64,000 nucleotides of DNA. Source: Bacteroidota bacterium. Its GTDB lineage: Bacteria; Bacteroidota; Bacteroidia; Chitinophagales; JADIYW01. Both the position numbers and the translations under genes were made by a program. The notes under the pieces are model-generated. The model had not been told where the DNA came from, ran no database searches, and saw only the letters and a list, made by a program, of their open reading frames with translations. This document shows positions 9,974 through 19,877 of the stretch, piece by piece (positions within the stretch are counted from its first letter, which is position 1; each line of letters opens with the position of its first letter). The stretch is from NCBI GenBank assembly GCA_028288625.1, contig JAQBNI010000145.1, forward strand, positions 16,963-80,962. The letters are read 5' to 3'.

Positions 9974-10366
9974 ATGCCTGAATATCTTTTTACATACGGT
10001 ACATTGCGCTTAAATCAAAGCCATCCTATTGCCGAGTTTTTATCGGAACGTGCCGCGCTGGTAGGTTTAGCTACACTGCCGAAAGCAAAATTATATAAGA
10101 TCGACTGGTATCCCGCTTTAATTGAAACGAATAATGAAGCCGATGAAGTGGTCGGAGATGTTTTTAGATTGGATGAACCGGGTGCATTGGCAAAAATAGA
10201 TGAGTATGAAGGAATTGGTGTAGGCGAGCCTCCGTATGAATACCGCCGCGCTAAAGTAAAAATACAAACGGAAGATGCGGAGATCGAAAGCTGGGTCTAT
10301 TTTTATAATGTTGCCCTTCCTTCCACTGCAGAGATAATTGAATCAGGTGATTACCTGAATCCGTAA
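9974..10366 (+). CDS. gamma-glutamylcyclotransferase (AIG2/GGACT-like) family protein
   Basis: N-terminal YLFTYGTLR motif; about 130 aa. Confidence 0.65.
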   Translation: MPEYLFTYGTLRLNQSHPIAEFLSERAALVGLATLPKAKLYKIDWYPALIETNNEADEVVGDVFRLDEPGALAKIDEYEGIGVGEPPYEYRRAKVKIQTEDAEIESWVYFYNVALPSTAEIIESGDYLNP

Positions 10367-10374
10367 CGGGTCAG

Positions 10375-10448
10375 CACGGCTTCAGCCGTCTGTACCGGAA
10401 CAATAAAGTACACCGCCTTCCCCCTTATCAAGGGGGATAAAAGGGGGA
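10375..10448. repeat. REP-like palindromes (ACGGCTTCAGCCGT and CCCCCTTATCAAGGGGG)
   Basis: Two short hairpins directly after the stop of 9974..10366. The ACGGCTTC-GCCGT core recurs at 40557-40581. Confidence 0.6.
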
Positions 10449-10467
10449 TGCGTTAACCAAAAATAAA

Positions 10468-10710
10468 ATGCGAATAATAATTTCAATCATTCTGTTTTTT
10501 TCTTTCGCAATTATTCGTGCACAGGATTCCATACCTCTTTCAAAAAATAAAATTCTCTCCTCACAAAGTATATTGCTCGTTAAAACAAAAGCAGATTCAA
10601 CACAATTTATAACGCCGAAATTCAGGCAAGGCTTTTTTTGTAATTTTGAAGATCAGCTCAACCGCAAAAAAGTGCCCGTAGATTTTAGCTTAGGAAAAAG
10701 TAAGTACTAA
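10468..10710 (+). CDS. small secreted hypothetical protein (80 aa)
   Basis: Signal peptide (IILFFSFAIIRAQD). Its stop overlaps the next start by 1 nt (TAATG). Confidence 0.4.
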   Translation: MRIIISIILFFSFAIIRAQDSIPLSKNKILSSQSILLVKTKADSTQFITPKFRQGFFCNFEDQLNRKKVPVDFSLGKSKY

Positions 10711-11213
10711 TGCAGGACCGTCCCATCTTAGATATGCAACTCAACCTGGATGATTTTTTTCAAACGGGAGTTTATGAAATTATGGATCAGATTAATGGTG
10801 GTGAGCAGCCGCTTTGGGGAATGATGACCGTGCATCACATGCTCGAACATCTGGTTTTACCGTTGAACTTTGCGCTTGGTACTTTTAAGGTTCCTGTTTT
10901 TATGCCGGAAGAAAAAATACCACGTCAGCGCGAGTTTTTATTTTCCGTTTACGGTTTGCCTAAAAATTTTAAAGCGCCTTTTCTCCCTGCTGATAAGAAT
11001 ATGCCTTTAATGACTAAAGATCTGACCGAAGCAAAATCACTTTTAAAAGAAACGATAGAAAAATTCCTGGCTTCAATCAATTCTCCCGGATTTAATACAG
11101 AAACGCACCCGGTGTTCGGACACCTGAACAGGGGAGAATGGCTGATCTTTCAATACAAGCATTTCAGCCATCACTTTATGCAATTCGGATTGATGCCTAT
11201 CGCCACCAGCTGA
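10710..11213 (+). CDS. DinB-superfamily / DUF1569-like protein
   Basis: His-containing helices (HHMLEHLV, YKHFSHHFMQFGL) typical of DinB-like four-helix bundles. Confidence 0.5.
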   Translation: MQDRPILDMQLNLDDFFQTGVYEIMDQINGGEQPLWGMMTVHHMLEHLVLPLNFALGTFKVPVFMPEEKIPRQREFLFSVYGLPKNFKAPFLPADKNMPLMTKDLTEAKSLLKETIEKFLASINSPGFNTETHPVFGHLNRGEWLIFQYKHFSHHFMQFGLMPIATS

Positions 11214-11610
11214 TGATTCCGCCAATGAGTACAAACGATAACAGCCAGTAGCCTGTGGTCATCAGGAAATATTTTATTCCCTTATGTTCATACAGCGATA
11301 TTGTACCGATCACCGGGATTAGAATAAACAATCCATCCAAGCCTGCGTGATATGCACCGTGTTTGAACGTTGTAAATTCTGCTCCGCCGTGCGCAACATA
11401 TTTTAATTCATATGCAATGGCAAACATCAGTAGTGTACCGACGGCTACATTTAAAAGCATATTTCCCTGTCTCGCTTTTTCTTCAGTTCCAACGGTGTTT
11501 TCCATCCATGTTCTACCGAATACTTTCGGGTGATACCAGATAAAACCGAGCACCTGTGTTGCCAGCGTTGCAACTATTAACGCAAGCCAGTTTGTGTGTT
11601 GTCCTTCCAT
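11197..11610 (-). CDS. DUF1761-like membrane protein
   Basis: Four TM segments and the motif WYHPKVFGRTWME near the N-terminus. Confidence 0.55.
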   Translation of the reverse strand: MEGQHTNWLALIVATLATQVLGFIWYHPKVFGRTWMENTVGTEEKARQGNMLLNVAVGTLLMFAIAYELKYVAHGGAEFTTFKHGAYHAGLDGLFILIPVIGTISLYEHKGIKYFLMTTGYWLLSFVLIGGIISWWR

Positions 11611-11689
11611 ACTTTATTATTTTTATTAATAAATGTACCGTAATTATATTATTAGGCATATTAATTTTTTAAGGAAGAATAGGACAAAT

Positions 11690-11812
11690 CATTTTCACTT
11701 TCACTCTTTGGGCATTCCCGCGTGGCTACGCAAAAGCCACACGCGGTCGGGCTATCCGCTTCAATCTTTCGCTCGTTCCTCGCAAAAGTATTTTCGCTTC
11801 TATCCCTAATGC
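11690..11812 (+). repeat. ~120-nt dispersed element (CACTTTCAC...GGCATTCCCGCGT...CGCGGTCGGGCTATCCGCTTCAA...CGCTTCTATCCCTAATGC)
   Basis: A second copy lies in inverted orientation at 24560..24670. This copy carries an extra ~25-nt internal insert. Confidence 0.75.
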
Positions 11813-11882
11813 AGGTAGTGCAATTGTAAATTTGTTCTCAATTTAAAATTTCTAATCCTCCATGAGATTATATTTGTCTATC

Positions 11883-11906
11883 GTCATCCTGCACTTGTTT
11901 AGGATC
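11883..11906 (+). repeat. degenerate copy of the GTCATCCTGAAC..GTTCAGGATC REP
   Basis: Sequence is gtcatcctgcacttgtttaggatc. Confidence 0.5.
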
Positions 11907-11960
11907 TTTTTTCAAAAGAAAATGATTTTTTATGCTTTCATCTTTGATCGCTTATGACTT

Positions 11961-13235
11961 ATGACTAACTTAGCCCGCATGACTGTTGATCAACCTACCG
12001 TACAGGGAATACTTAAAGCTAAAAAAGTTTTACAAAACGTTATTGAGACTACTCCGCTCAAGCAAAACGAACATCTTTCTGCAGAATTCGGCGCAAAAAT
12101 ATTTTTGAAGCGCGAAGACCTTCAGGTAGGCAGATCCTATAAAATTCGCGGAGCATATAATTTTATGACGCAGTTAACAGCTGCACAGAAGAAGCAAGGT
12201 GTTGTTTGCTCCAGTGCAGGCAACCATGCACAGGGTTTTGCTTTATCATGCAGCATGCTGAAAATAAAGGGAACGGTTTTTATGCCCGTTACCACACCGA
12301 AGCAAAAAGTAAACTCCGTTGAATATGTGGGCAAAAAATATATTGATATTGTTCTGGTAGGAGATACTTATGATGATGCAAAAAATGCGGCGCTGAAGTA
12401 TGTACACAATGAAAATAAGATCTTCGTTTCGCCATTCGATAATAAGCTTATCATAGAAGGACAAGGCACGGTTGCTATCGAGCTTCTTGAACAGATTGGT
12501 AAAAAGAAACTGGATTATCTTTTTATTCCCATCGGCGGTGGTGGTTTGGCAGCAGGAGTCATTACATATTTCAAGCAATTCTCACCTTCCACAAAGATCA
12601 TTGGCGTAGAACCGCAGGGTGCACCCGCAATGTATACTTCCATCATGAAAAACAAAGTGATCACGCTAGATAAGATTGATAATTTTGTTGATGGAGCTGC
12701 AGTAAAACAGGTCGGTCATATTACATTTCCAATTTGCAAAAAAGGTTTGGAATGCGTAGTGTTGGTTCCGGAAGGAAGAGTTTGCACCAGGATTTTACAA
12801 CTCTATAATTTAGATGCTATTGTGGCGGAACCTGCAGGCGCTTTATCTATTGCCGCACTGGATTTTTATAAAGAAGAGTTGAAAGGAAAAACGGTGGCTT
12901 GCATTTTAAGCGGCGGCAATAACGATATAGAGCGCATGCCGGATATCAAGGAGCGATCACTGATCTATGAAGGCTTGAAACATTATTTCATTATAAAATT
13001 TCCCCAGCGCAGCGGCGCATTGCGGCAGTTTGTAAATAAAGTGCTGGGACCGAATGATGACATTACGGTGTTCGAATACACAAAAAAGAATAGCAAGGAA
13101 AGTGGTCCGGCATTAGTCGGCATCGAGCAGAAACATCGCCAGGATTTTGATTCGTTGCTTTTGCGCATGAAAAAATATAAAGTGGATTATATTCCGATCC
13201 AGGAAAACCCGATGCTTTTCAACTTCCTTATTTGA
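11961..13235 (+). CDS. ilvA: threonine ammonia-lyase (threonine dehydratase)
   Basis: PLP-lysine motif SYKIRGAYN, the GGGGL loop, and a C-terminal ACT-like regulatory domain. Confidence 0.85.
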   Translation: MTNLARMTVDQPTVQGILKAKKVLQNVIETTPLKQNEHLSAEFGAKIFLKREDLQVGRSYKIRGAYNFMTQLTAAQKKQGVVCSSAGNHAQGFALSCSMLKIKGTVFMPVTTPKQKVNSVEYVGKKYIDIVLVGDTYDDAKNAALKYVHNENKIFVSPFDNKLIIEGQGTVAIELLEQIGKKKLDYLFIPIGGGGLAAGVITYFKQFSPSTKIIGVEPQGAPAMYTSIMKNKVITLDKIDNFVDGAAVKQVGHITFPICKKGLECVVLVPEGRVCTRILQLYNLDAIVAEPAGALSIAALDFYKEELKGKTVACILSGGNNDIERMPDIKERSLIYEGLKHYFIIKFPQRSGALRQFVNKVLGPNDDITVFEYTKKNSKESGPALVGIEQKHRQDFDSLLLRMKKYKVDYIPIQENPMLFNFLI

Positions 13236-13260
13236 TGCAATCGCTTAAAGCGATGGCATC
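13234..13260. repeat. palindromic REP GATGC(A/C)ATCGCTT-A-AAGCGATGGCATC, probable terminator
   Basis: 13+1+13 nt palindrome with one mismatch, overlapping the ilvA stop codon. A perfect 20+1+20 relative lies at 48804..48844. Confidence 0.7.
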
Positions 13261-13389
13261 AATAACAGTCTTTTTAATTTATCATTAAGCATCCTCAGTC
13301 CAACAGACATATTCAACCACTACTGTAATAATTGTACCTATCTTAGCAATTCAACAATTCTATAATTCTACAATTTTACAATTCAACAT

Positions 13390-14598
13390 ATGAAGGATTA
13401 TTCCCGGGAGTCACTGGCATTACATGAAAAATTAAAAGGGAAAATTTTTATTTCCCTCAAGAAAGATCTTAAATCAAAAAAGGATCTCACATTATGTTAT
13501 TCACCCGGCGTTGCAGAACCTGTTCGGCAGATCGCAAACGACGTGGAAAAAGTATGGGATTTAACGATCAAGGGAAATACAGTTGCTGTGGTTACTGATG
13601 GTTCAGCGATCTTAGGATTGGGAAATTTAGGACCTGAAGCCGCACTCCCTGTAATGGAAGGCAAGGCAATGCTGTTTAAAAAATTTGCAGGAATCAATGC
13701 TTTCCCGATTTGCCTCGCCACGCAGAATACCGAAGAGATCATTCAAACTATAAAAAATATTTCCCCGGTTTTCGGAGGGATAAATTTAGAAGACATATCT
13801 TCTCCGCGATGTTTCGAAATTGAAGATCGTTTGCAGACTTTGGGCATTCCTGTTTTTCATGACGACCAGCACGGAACGGCAATCGTTGTATTAGCAGCGA
13901 TGGTGAATGCATGCAAGCTGCTCAATAAAAATCTTGGACATTTAAATGTGGTGATCAACGGCGCAGGTGCAGCTGGTTTGGCGATCTCGAAATTATTGAT
14001 GTGTCATGAAATAGATAAAACAGTTTGCACTCCGGTGCAACAAATTGTGATGTGCGATTCCAAAGGCATTATTCACAAAGATCGCTCCGACCTCAATGAT
14101 TTTAAACGCGAGATATTAAAATACTCCAATCCGTTAAATACAAAAGGTACGCTGAAAGATGCATTGCGCAACGCAGATGTTTTTATTGGTGTCAGTATGG
14201 CGAATCAATTAACGACGGAAGATGTTGCTTCGATGAACAAGGAGCCGATCATATTTCCTTTAGCAAATCCGATCCCTGAAATTTCTCCTGAGAAAGCATA
14301 CAAAGGAGGCGCAGGTGTTGTAGGAACCGGTAGAAGTGATGTGCCGAACCAGATCAACAATGTGCTCGCATTCCCCGGAATCTTTAAGGGTGCTTTAGAA
14401 ATTCGTGCAAGAAGAATTACTCCGCGAATGAAGGTTGCTGCAGCGTATGCTATTGCTGATTGCGTAACAGATCTTCACCGGGATAATATCGTTCCCTCCA
14501 TTTTAGATTTTAATGTAGCTGAAAAAGTAGCGCAGGCTGTAAAAGACGCTTATCTCGAAGACATTAAAAATATGGAAACGCCAAAACACGCGTTATAG
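13390..14598 (+). CDS. NAD(P)-dependent malic enzyme (short form, no PTA domain)
   Basis: Motifs SPGVAEP, VVTDGSAILGLGNLG, FGGINLEDI and VINGAGAAG. Confidence 0.85.
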   Translation: MKDYSRESLALHEKLKGKIFISLKKDLKSKKDLTLCYSPGVAEPVRQIANDVEKVWDLTIKGNTVAVVTDGSAILGLGNLGPEAALPVMEGKAMLFKKFAGINAFPICLATQNTEEIIQTIKNISPVFGGINLEDISSPRCFEIEDRLQTLGIPVFHDDQHGTAIVVLAAMVNACKLLNKNLGHLNVVINGAGAAGLAISKLLMCHEIDKTVCTPVQQIVMCDSKGIIHKDRSDLNDFKREILKYSNPLNTKGTLKDALRNADVFIGVSMANQLTTEDVASMNKEPIIFPLANPIPEISPEKAYKGGAGVVGTGRSDVPNQINNVLAFPGIFKGALEIRARRITPRMKVAAAYAIADCVTDLHRDNIVPSILDFNVAEKVAQAVKDAYLEDIKNMETPKHAL

Positions 14599-14684
14599 AA
14601 ATTATAAATTTTGAATGTTGAATGAAGCCATCATTCAATAATTAACTTGAGGTCATCCTTGCAAATTTTTAAATCACCTAGAGC

Positions 14685-14824
14685 GCGGCGACGAAGTCGC
14701 CGCAAAGTCGCCGTCATCCTGAACTTGATTCAGGATCTAAAAGGTTTAAGGTATGTTGAATTAAGCGCGGCGACAAAGTCGCCGCGCTTATACTGAAACG
14801 TCATCCCAAACTTGATTTGGGATC
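14685..14824. repeat. cluster of four palindromic REPs between convergent genes
   Basis: GCGGCGACGAAGTCGCCGC lies at 14685-14703 and GTCATCCTGAACTTGATTCAGGATC at 14714-14738. AAGCGCGGCGACAAAGTCGCCGCGCTT lies at 14763-14789 and GTCATCCCAAACTTGATTTGGGATC at 14800-14824. Confidence 0.8.
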
Positions 14825-14897
14825 TAAAAAGTTTAATAAGCGTTGAATTTTAAATGATAAAACCCATTAAACATTTAACATTCATCATTCAACATTA

Positions 14898-16154
14898 TCA
14901 TCTCGCCATCGGCTTTCTTCTCCAGTTATTATTATTCGGCTTCCTGCTGTGATGGTTATTATTTTTTGGTGATACTACATGCGGCGCATGTGCAGCTTTT
15001 AATTCCACCGAAGCATTTGCAATTGGATATGGATGATCCACTCTTACAGGAATTTGTTTGCCGATCAGTTTTTGAATATCGCGCAGCAAAGGTTTTTCTT
15101 CCGTATCGCAAAATGAAAATGAAATACCTGAATTTCCTGCACGTCCCGTTCTTCCTATCCTGTGAACATAAGTTTCAGAAACTTCTGGGAGCTCATAATT
15201 AAAAACATGCGATAGGTCATCCACATCAATGCCTCGTGCAGCAATATCAGTAGCAACGAGCACGCGGATCGTTTTATTTTTAAAATTTTGTAAGGCAGCC
15301 TGTCTTGCGTTTTGGGATTTATTTCCATGAATGGCTTCTGCTTTTATACTTGCCATGCGCAGCATTTTCACCACTTTGTCAGCGCCGTGTTTTGTTCGTG
15401 TAAAAACCAATGCGGATGTAATGGCTTTATCTTTTAAAAGATGTATGAGTAATTTTCCTTTGTCAGGTTTCTCTGCAAAAAAGATATATTGATCGATCGT
15501 ATTTGCTGTAGATGAAACCGGTGTTACTTCAACCCTTGTCGGATTCGTTAAAATAGAATTCGACAGATCCTTAATTTCATTCGGCATCGTTGCAGAGAAA
15601 AATAAAGTTTGTCGTTGCGCAGGTAATTTCGCAATGACTTTTTTGACATCATTTACAAAGCCCATATCCAGCATGCGATCCGCTTCATCCAAAACAAAAA
15701 TTTGTATGGACTGTAAATGCACATAGCCCTGGTTCATCAGGTCTAATAATCTTCCCGGTGTTGCGATCAAAATATCAACGCCCTGCTGCAGCGCCATCAC
15801 TTGCGAGTGCTGTGACACGCCGCCAAAGATCACTTTGTGTTTTAATGGAATATGTCTGCCGTAAGCTGCAAAGCTTTCATCGATCTGTATCGCTAATTCT
15901 CTTGTCGGCGTTAAGATCAATGCCTTAATAGATTTTGTTTTTTTTCCGTTGACGAGATCTTCCGCCAGTAATTGTAACATCGGTATCGCAAATGCTGCGG
16001 TTTTTCCCGTGCCTGTTTGTGCGCAGCCTAGAAGATCTTTTTTCTTTAATATAACCGGTATAGATTGCTGTTGAATGGGTGTAGGTATTGTGTAACCTTC
16101 TGTTTTTAGAGCGCGTAAAATTGGCTCAATAAGTTCTAATTCTTGAAATGACAT
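14898..16154 (-). CDS. rhlE: DEAD-box ATP-dependent RNA helicase
   Basis: Q-motif region, AQTGTGKT, DEAD, SAT and HRIGRTGRAG motifs, plus a basic C-terminal tail. Confidence 0.85.
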   Translation of the reverse strand: MSFQELELIEPILRALKTEGYTIPTPIQQQSIPVILKKKDLLGCAQTGTGKTAAFAIPMLQLLAEDLVNGKKTKSIKALILTPTRELAIQIDESFAAYGRHIPLKHKVIFGGVSQHSQVMALQQGVDILIATPGRLLDLMNQGYVHLQSIQIFVLDEADRMLDMGFVNDVKKVIAKLPAQRQTLFFSATMPNEIKDLSNSILTNPTRVEVTPVSSTANTIDQYIFFAEKPDKGKLLIHLLKDKAITSALVFTRTKHGADKVVKMLRMASIKAEAIHGNKSQNARQAALQNFKNKTIRVLVATDIAARGIDVDDLSHVFNYELPEVSETYVHRIGRTGRAGNSGISFSFCDTEEKPLLRDIQKLIGKQIPVRVDHPYPIANASVELKAAHAPHVVSPKNNNHHSRKPNNNNWRRKPMAR

Positions 16155-16436
16155 GATTTTTTTTTAAGATGGCTGCAGGTATGATATGCTGTGAAACAGT
16201 TGGAATGTTATAACGATTATCGTAATGATCCAGCCAAAAATGATTTAATAGATGCAAAGGTACGCATTTTTACCCATAAAATGAAATCTGAGAAGACTGT
16301 ATCGTAAAACGCATTGTAGAATCCGTATACATATTCCATTTCCTTATCATTTCTTTAATTTCATCTTCTTCTTCAAGTCAGAAACTAAGCTTATTTTTAT
16401 GCAACCAAACAAAGCTCTCATTGTTGAGAATACACT

Positions 16437-18335
16437 ATGAGCGACCAAATTAAACACGAATGTGGCATTGCCCTCATCAGGCTCTTAAAACCGCTGTCAT
16501 ATTACAAAGAAAAATACGGTGATCTTCATTACGGATTGAGCAAAATGTACCTGCTCATGGAGAAGCAACATAACCGCGGACAAGATGGCGCGGGGCTTGC
16601 AACCATTAAATTTGATACCGCGCCCGGCAGTTCCTATTTCGACAGGGAGCGAAGTATTCACAAGCAAGCCATCAAGGATATTTTTGAAAAAGTATTTAAA
16701 CCGTTTTCCGATTTAAGCGATAAAGAAAAAGAGCGCATCCAGGATATGGATTACGTGAAAAATAATTATCGCTTCATGGGTGAATTGCTGCTTGGGCATT
16801 TGCGCTACGGCACACACGGGGGAAATGATATGAGCAATTGCCACCCGCGCATCCGTGCAAACAACTGGAAAACGCGAACATTAATTGTTGTGGGAAATTT
16901 TAATATGACAAATGTGGATGAGTTGTTTGATAAGCTGGTTGATCTCGGTCAGTTCCCGCGCGAGATGTCAGATACGATGACAGTACTGGAAAAGATCGGT
17001 CATTTTCTCGATATGGAAAATCAGCGCTTATTTAAGCAATTAAAGCCGAGAGGATTGAATAATATGGAGATCACACCGGTGATCGAAGAGCAGATAAATG
17101 TTGCGCAGATCCTGAAACATGCAGCAGAAGATTTTGATGGCGGTTACGCGATGGCAGGAATGATGGGTCATGGCGATGCATTTGTGATGAGAGATCCGAG
17201 TGGTATTCGTCCCGCATATTATTATAAGGATGATGAAGTGGTGGTGGTAGCTTCCGAGCGACCGGCAATTCAAACTGCATTTAATGTGCATAGAAGTAAG
17301 GTGCATGAAGTGCAGCCCGGGCATGCACTGATCATAAAGAAAAACGGAAGCGTTGGAGAAGTGGAATGCAGGAAACCTTTGGAAAGAAAAGCATGCAGTT
17401 TTGAAAGAATTTATTTTTCACGTGGAAGTGATTTTGAGATTTACCGCGAAAGAAAAATGCTCGGCAAATTATTGGTGCCTGCAGTTTTGAATGCAGTCAA
17501 TTACGATCTGGAGAACACTGTATTTTCTTACATACCAAATACTGCAGAAGTTGCATTTCTTGGGATGACGGAAGAAATTCAGAAGCTGCATATTCAGCAT
17601 AATTTAGAAGCCCGTAAAAAAGGTGAGATTAAAACAGATGAAGAGCTGCATCACCAGTTGTCCATAATGCCGCGTATAGAAAAGATCGCGATCAAGGATG
17701 TGAAAATGCGCACATTTATTACAGAAGATACTTCGCGCAATGATCTTGTGCATCATGTGTATGATGTGACTTACGGCATTGTAAAAAACGATCGCGATAC
17801 TTTGGTAGTCCTCGATGATTCTATTGTGCGAGGAACAACATTAAAGGAAAGTATATTAACGATGCTCGACAGGCTGCAGCCGAAAAAGATCATCGTGGTT
17901 TCTTCCGCGCCGCAAATCAGGTATCCGGATTGTTACGGAATAGATATGAGCAAGATGGGAAATTTTGTGGCGTTCCAGGCAGCAGTAAAATTGTGGAAGG
18001 AAAAAGATGACCTTGCATTTTTAGAGGATTTATACAAAGAATGTAAGGAAGAAAGATTGAAGCCGTTGAAGGAAATGCAGAATTTGGTAAAGCAAGTGTA
18101 CGAGCCGTTTACTGCAGAGCAGATATCTGAAAGGATCGCGGAAATTGTGCGTCCGCATCATATTTTTTCCGATGTACAGGTCATTTATCAAACAATAGAA
18201 AATCTACATACTGCTTGTCCTAAAAATTTAGGCGATTGGTACTTCACCGGCAATTACCCAACACCCGGCGGCAACCGCGTTTCGCTGAACGCCTTCATTA
18301 ATTATATGGAAGGAAAAAATGTAAGAGCTTACTAG
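16437..18335 (+). CDS. purF: amidophosphoribosyltransferase, long (Bacteroidota-type) form
   Basis: Ntn-amidotransferase start M-SDQIKHE-CGI and the PRTase motif VVLDDSIVRGTT. Confidence 0.8.
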   Translation: MSDQIKHECGIALIRLLKPLSYYKEKYGDLHYGLSKMYLLMEKQHNRGQDGAGLATIKFDTAPGSSYFDRERSIHKQAIKDIFEKVFKPFSDLSDKEKERIQDMDYVKNNYRFMGELLLGHLRYGTHGGNDMSNCHPRIRANNWKTRTLIVVGNFNMTNVDELFDKLVDLGQFPREMSDTMTVLEKIGHFLDMENQRLFKQLKPRGLNNMEITPVIEEQINVAQILKHAAEDFDGGYAMAGMMGHGDAFVMRDPSGIRPAYYYKDDEVVVVASERPAIQTAFNVHRSKVHEVQPGHALIIKKNGSVGEVECRKPLERKACSFERIYFSRGSDFEIYRERKMLGKLLVPAVLNAVNYDLENTVFSYIPNTAEVAFLGMTEEIQKLHIQHNLEARKKGEIKTDEELHHQLSIMPRIEKIAIKDVKMRTFITEDTSRNDLVHHVYDVTYGIVKNDRDTLVVLDDSIVRGTTLKESILTMLDRLQPKKIIVVSSAPQIRYPDCYGIDMSKMGNFVAFQAAVKLWKEKDDLAFLEDLYKECKEERLKPLKEMQNLVKQVYEPFTAEQISERIAEIVRPHHIFSDVQVIYQTIENLHTACPKNLGDWYFTGNYPTPGGNRVSLNAFINYMEGKNVRAY

Positions 18336-18405
18336 TAGCATTAATTCATATTAGAATATTTTCACTACATTTAAATCTAATTATTATGCTTAGATGCGAT
18401 CATAA

Positions 18406-19065
18406 ATGAAGTCATTATCCTTCTTCATACTAACTGTTGCAATACTCAACCTCTACGGACAACAGGATCTTTGGAAAGAGGAGAAAAAAAATATACTGAA
18501 ATTTACGCCCGCTAAGATCATCGGTATATCTAATCCGGCAATTGAAATAACGTATGAACGAAGAATTGCAAAACATTTCGCAACACAGGTAATGGCTTCC
18601 TGCCTGATGCCTGTTACCATATTTGATAACGTAAAAGATTTCAATCCAAAGATCAGGGGCTTTAAGTTTTCCGCCGAACAAAAATATTATTATACAAAAA
18701 AGAAACAAAGACAATACATAGCTATAGAAGCAAACTATATGTGGACCCGCTATAATGCTGAAATGAGTTTTGGCAATACCGACACATCAATAGCAGACAA
18801 TTATTTAGATAGCTTCCGGGTTCGGAAACAAACATTTAGTATCAACCTGATATGGGGTTACCAGCGTGTGGTAAAAAGATTTTGCTTCGATGTGTTTGTG
18901 GGCTTGGGCGTGCGTTATAAAAGTACGCAGCATTATGACCGGCTAAACCCTGATGATGTAATGATTGCAGGTCGGCACCCAAGTGTTCCCTACTATAACA
19001 ATAAACCCGGCAAATACTGGACCTTTAGTTTTCCTTTGAATATAAGGTTGGGTTGGGCTTTTTGA
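18406..19065 (+). CDS. hypothetical outer-membrane beta-barrel protein
   Basis: Signal peptide, alternating strand pattern and a C-terminal ..RLGWAF. Confidence 0.45.
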   Translation: MKSLSFFILTVAILNLYGQQDLWKEEKKNILKFTPAKIIGISNPAIEITYERRIAKHFATQVMASCLMPVTIFDNVKDFNPKIRGFKFSAEQKYYYTKKKQRQYIAIEANYMWTRYNAEMSFGNTDTSIADNYLDSFRVRKQTFSINLIWGYQRVVKRFCFDVFVGLGVRYKSTQHYDRLNPDDVMIAGRHPSVPYYNNKPGKYWTFSFPLNIRLGWAF

Positions 19066-19074
19066 ATCCAACAT

Positions 19075-19122
19075 TATCATCCTGAACCAAGTCTACCGTC
19101 ATCCTGAACTTGTTTCAGGATC
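19075..19122 (+). repeat. REP (half copy plus full GTCATCCTGAACTTGTTTCAGGATC) at the left edge of the R-M island
   Basis: The half copy atcatcctgaacc is followed by the full copy at 19098-19122. Confidence 0.75.
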
Positions 19123-19208
19123 TAATAGAACAAAGAGAGATTTTCTTTCAAATCTGATACTATCTGTATGAAAAACTTTATCTTAATGGCTAAAGAGTTT
19201 AGCTGTAG

Positions 19209-19877
19209 ATGATCTTAAAAGAATTGAAGCCTAAAAAGGCATTAAACAAAGCTTTTTTAAAAGTAAAACCCAGCAGACCTCAAATTGAAGGTTTCAAGAA
19301 CAATCTTCTTAATTTACTTGACAGAACAAATGATAAGGAAAGCGAAGAGTTCCACAAAAATCTTGTCATCGACTTTTTAAAAAGAACTTACTACGATCCA
19401 AACCATTTTATAAATACCAAAGGTCGAAACGACCTTGTTATTCATAACGGCAACACAGCTAAAAGTTCTGTTGGTGTTATCGTTGAAGCGAAAAAGCCAA
19501 CAAACAAAATGGAAATGATAACTACTAAAAAACTGAACGCAAAAGCGTTTCAGGAATTAGTGTTATACTATTTACGTGAAAGGATTACACATAAGAACCT
19601 TGAAGTAAAATATTTGGTAATCACCAACATTAACGAATGGTTTATTTTTGATGCTGCCTTATTCGACAGGCTTTTTGCACAAAACAAAAACCTTGTAAAA
19701 CAATTCAATGACTTTGAAGACGGTCGATTGGCTGATATCAAAACCGATTTTTTCTACAGGCAAATTGCTGAACCGTTTATTGGTGGTATCACCTCAGAGA
19801 TTGAATTCACTACTTTAATCTTCAGGATTATCAAAAGCCACTTCGCAATTCTAATAAGGCAGATGATACTTTGTTGA
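19209..19877 (+). CDS. Type IIG restriction-modification enzyme, N-terminal nuclease-domain fragment (frameshifted from 19871..22987)
   Basis: PD-(D/E)xK-like motif (NDLVIHN ... VIVEAKKP). The last ~22 codons (TTLIFRIIKSHFAILIRQMILC) look like out-of-frame read-through. The next ORF's frame is open from 19805 and continues the expected sequence. Confidence 0.75.
   Translation: MILKELKPKKALNKAFLKVKPSRPQIEGFKNNLLNLLDRTNDKESEEFHKNLVIDFLKRTYYDPNHFINTKGRNDLVIHNGNTAKSSVGVIVEAKKPTNKMEMITTKKLNAKAFQELVLYYLRERITHKNLEVKYLVITNINEWFIFDAALFDRLFAQNKNLVKQFNDFEDGRLADIKTDFFYRQIAEPFIGGITSEIEFTTLIFRIIKSHFAILIRQMILC

Noticed and set aside
16155-16436. Possible riboswitch or leader in the 280-bp rhlE/purF divergent region (similarly upstream of ilvA and panB)
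   Set aside because: I could not recognise purine, ZTP, PRPP, T-box or other conserved riboswitch cores by eye. A covariance-model scan would be needed to exclude them.
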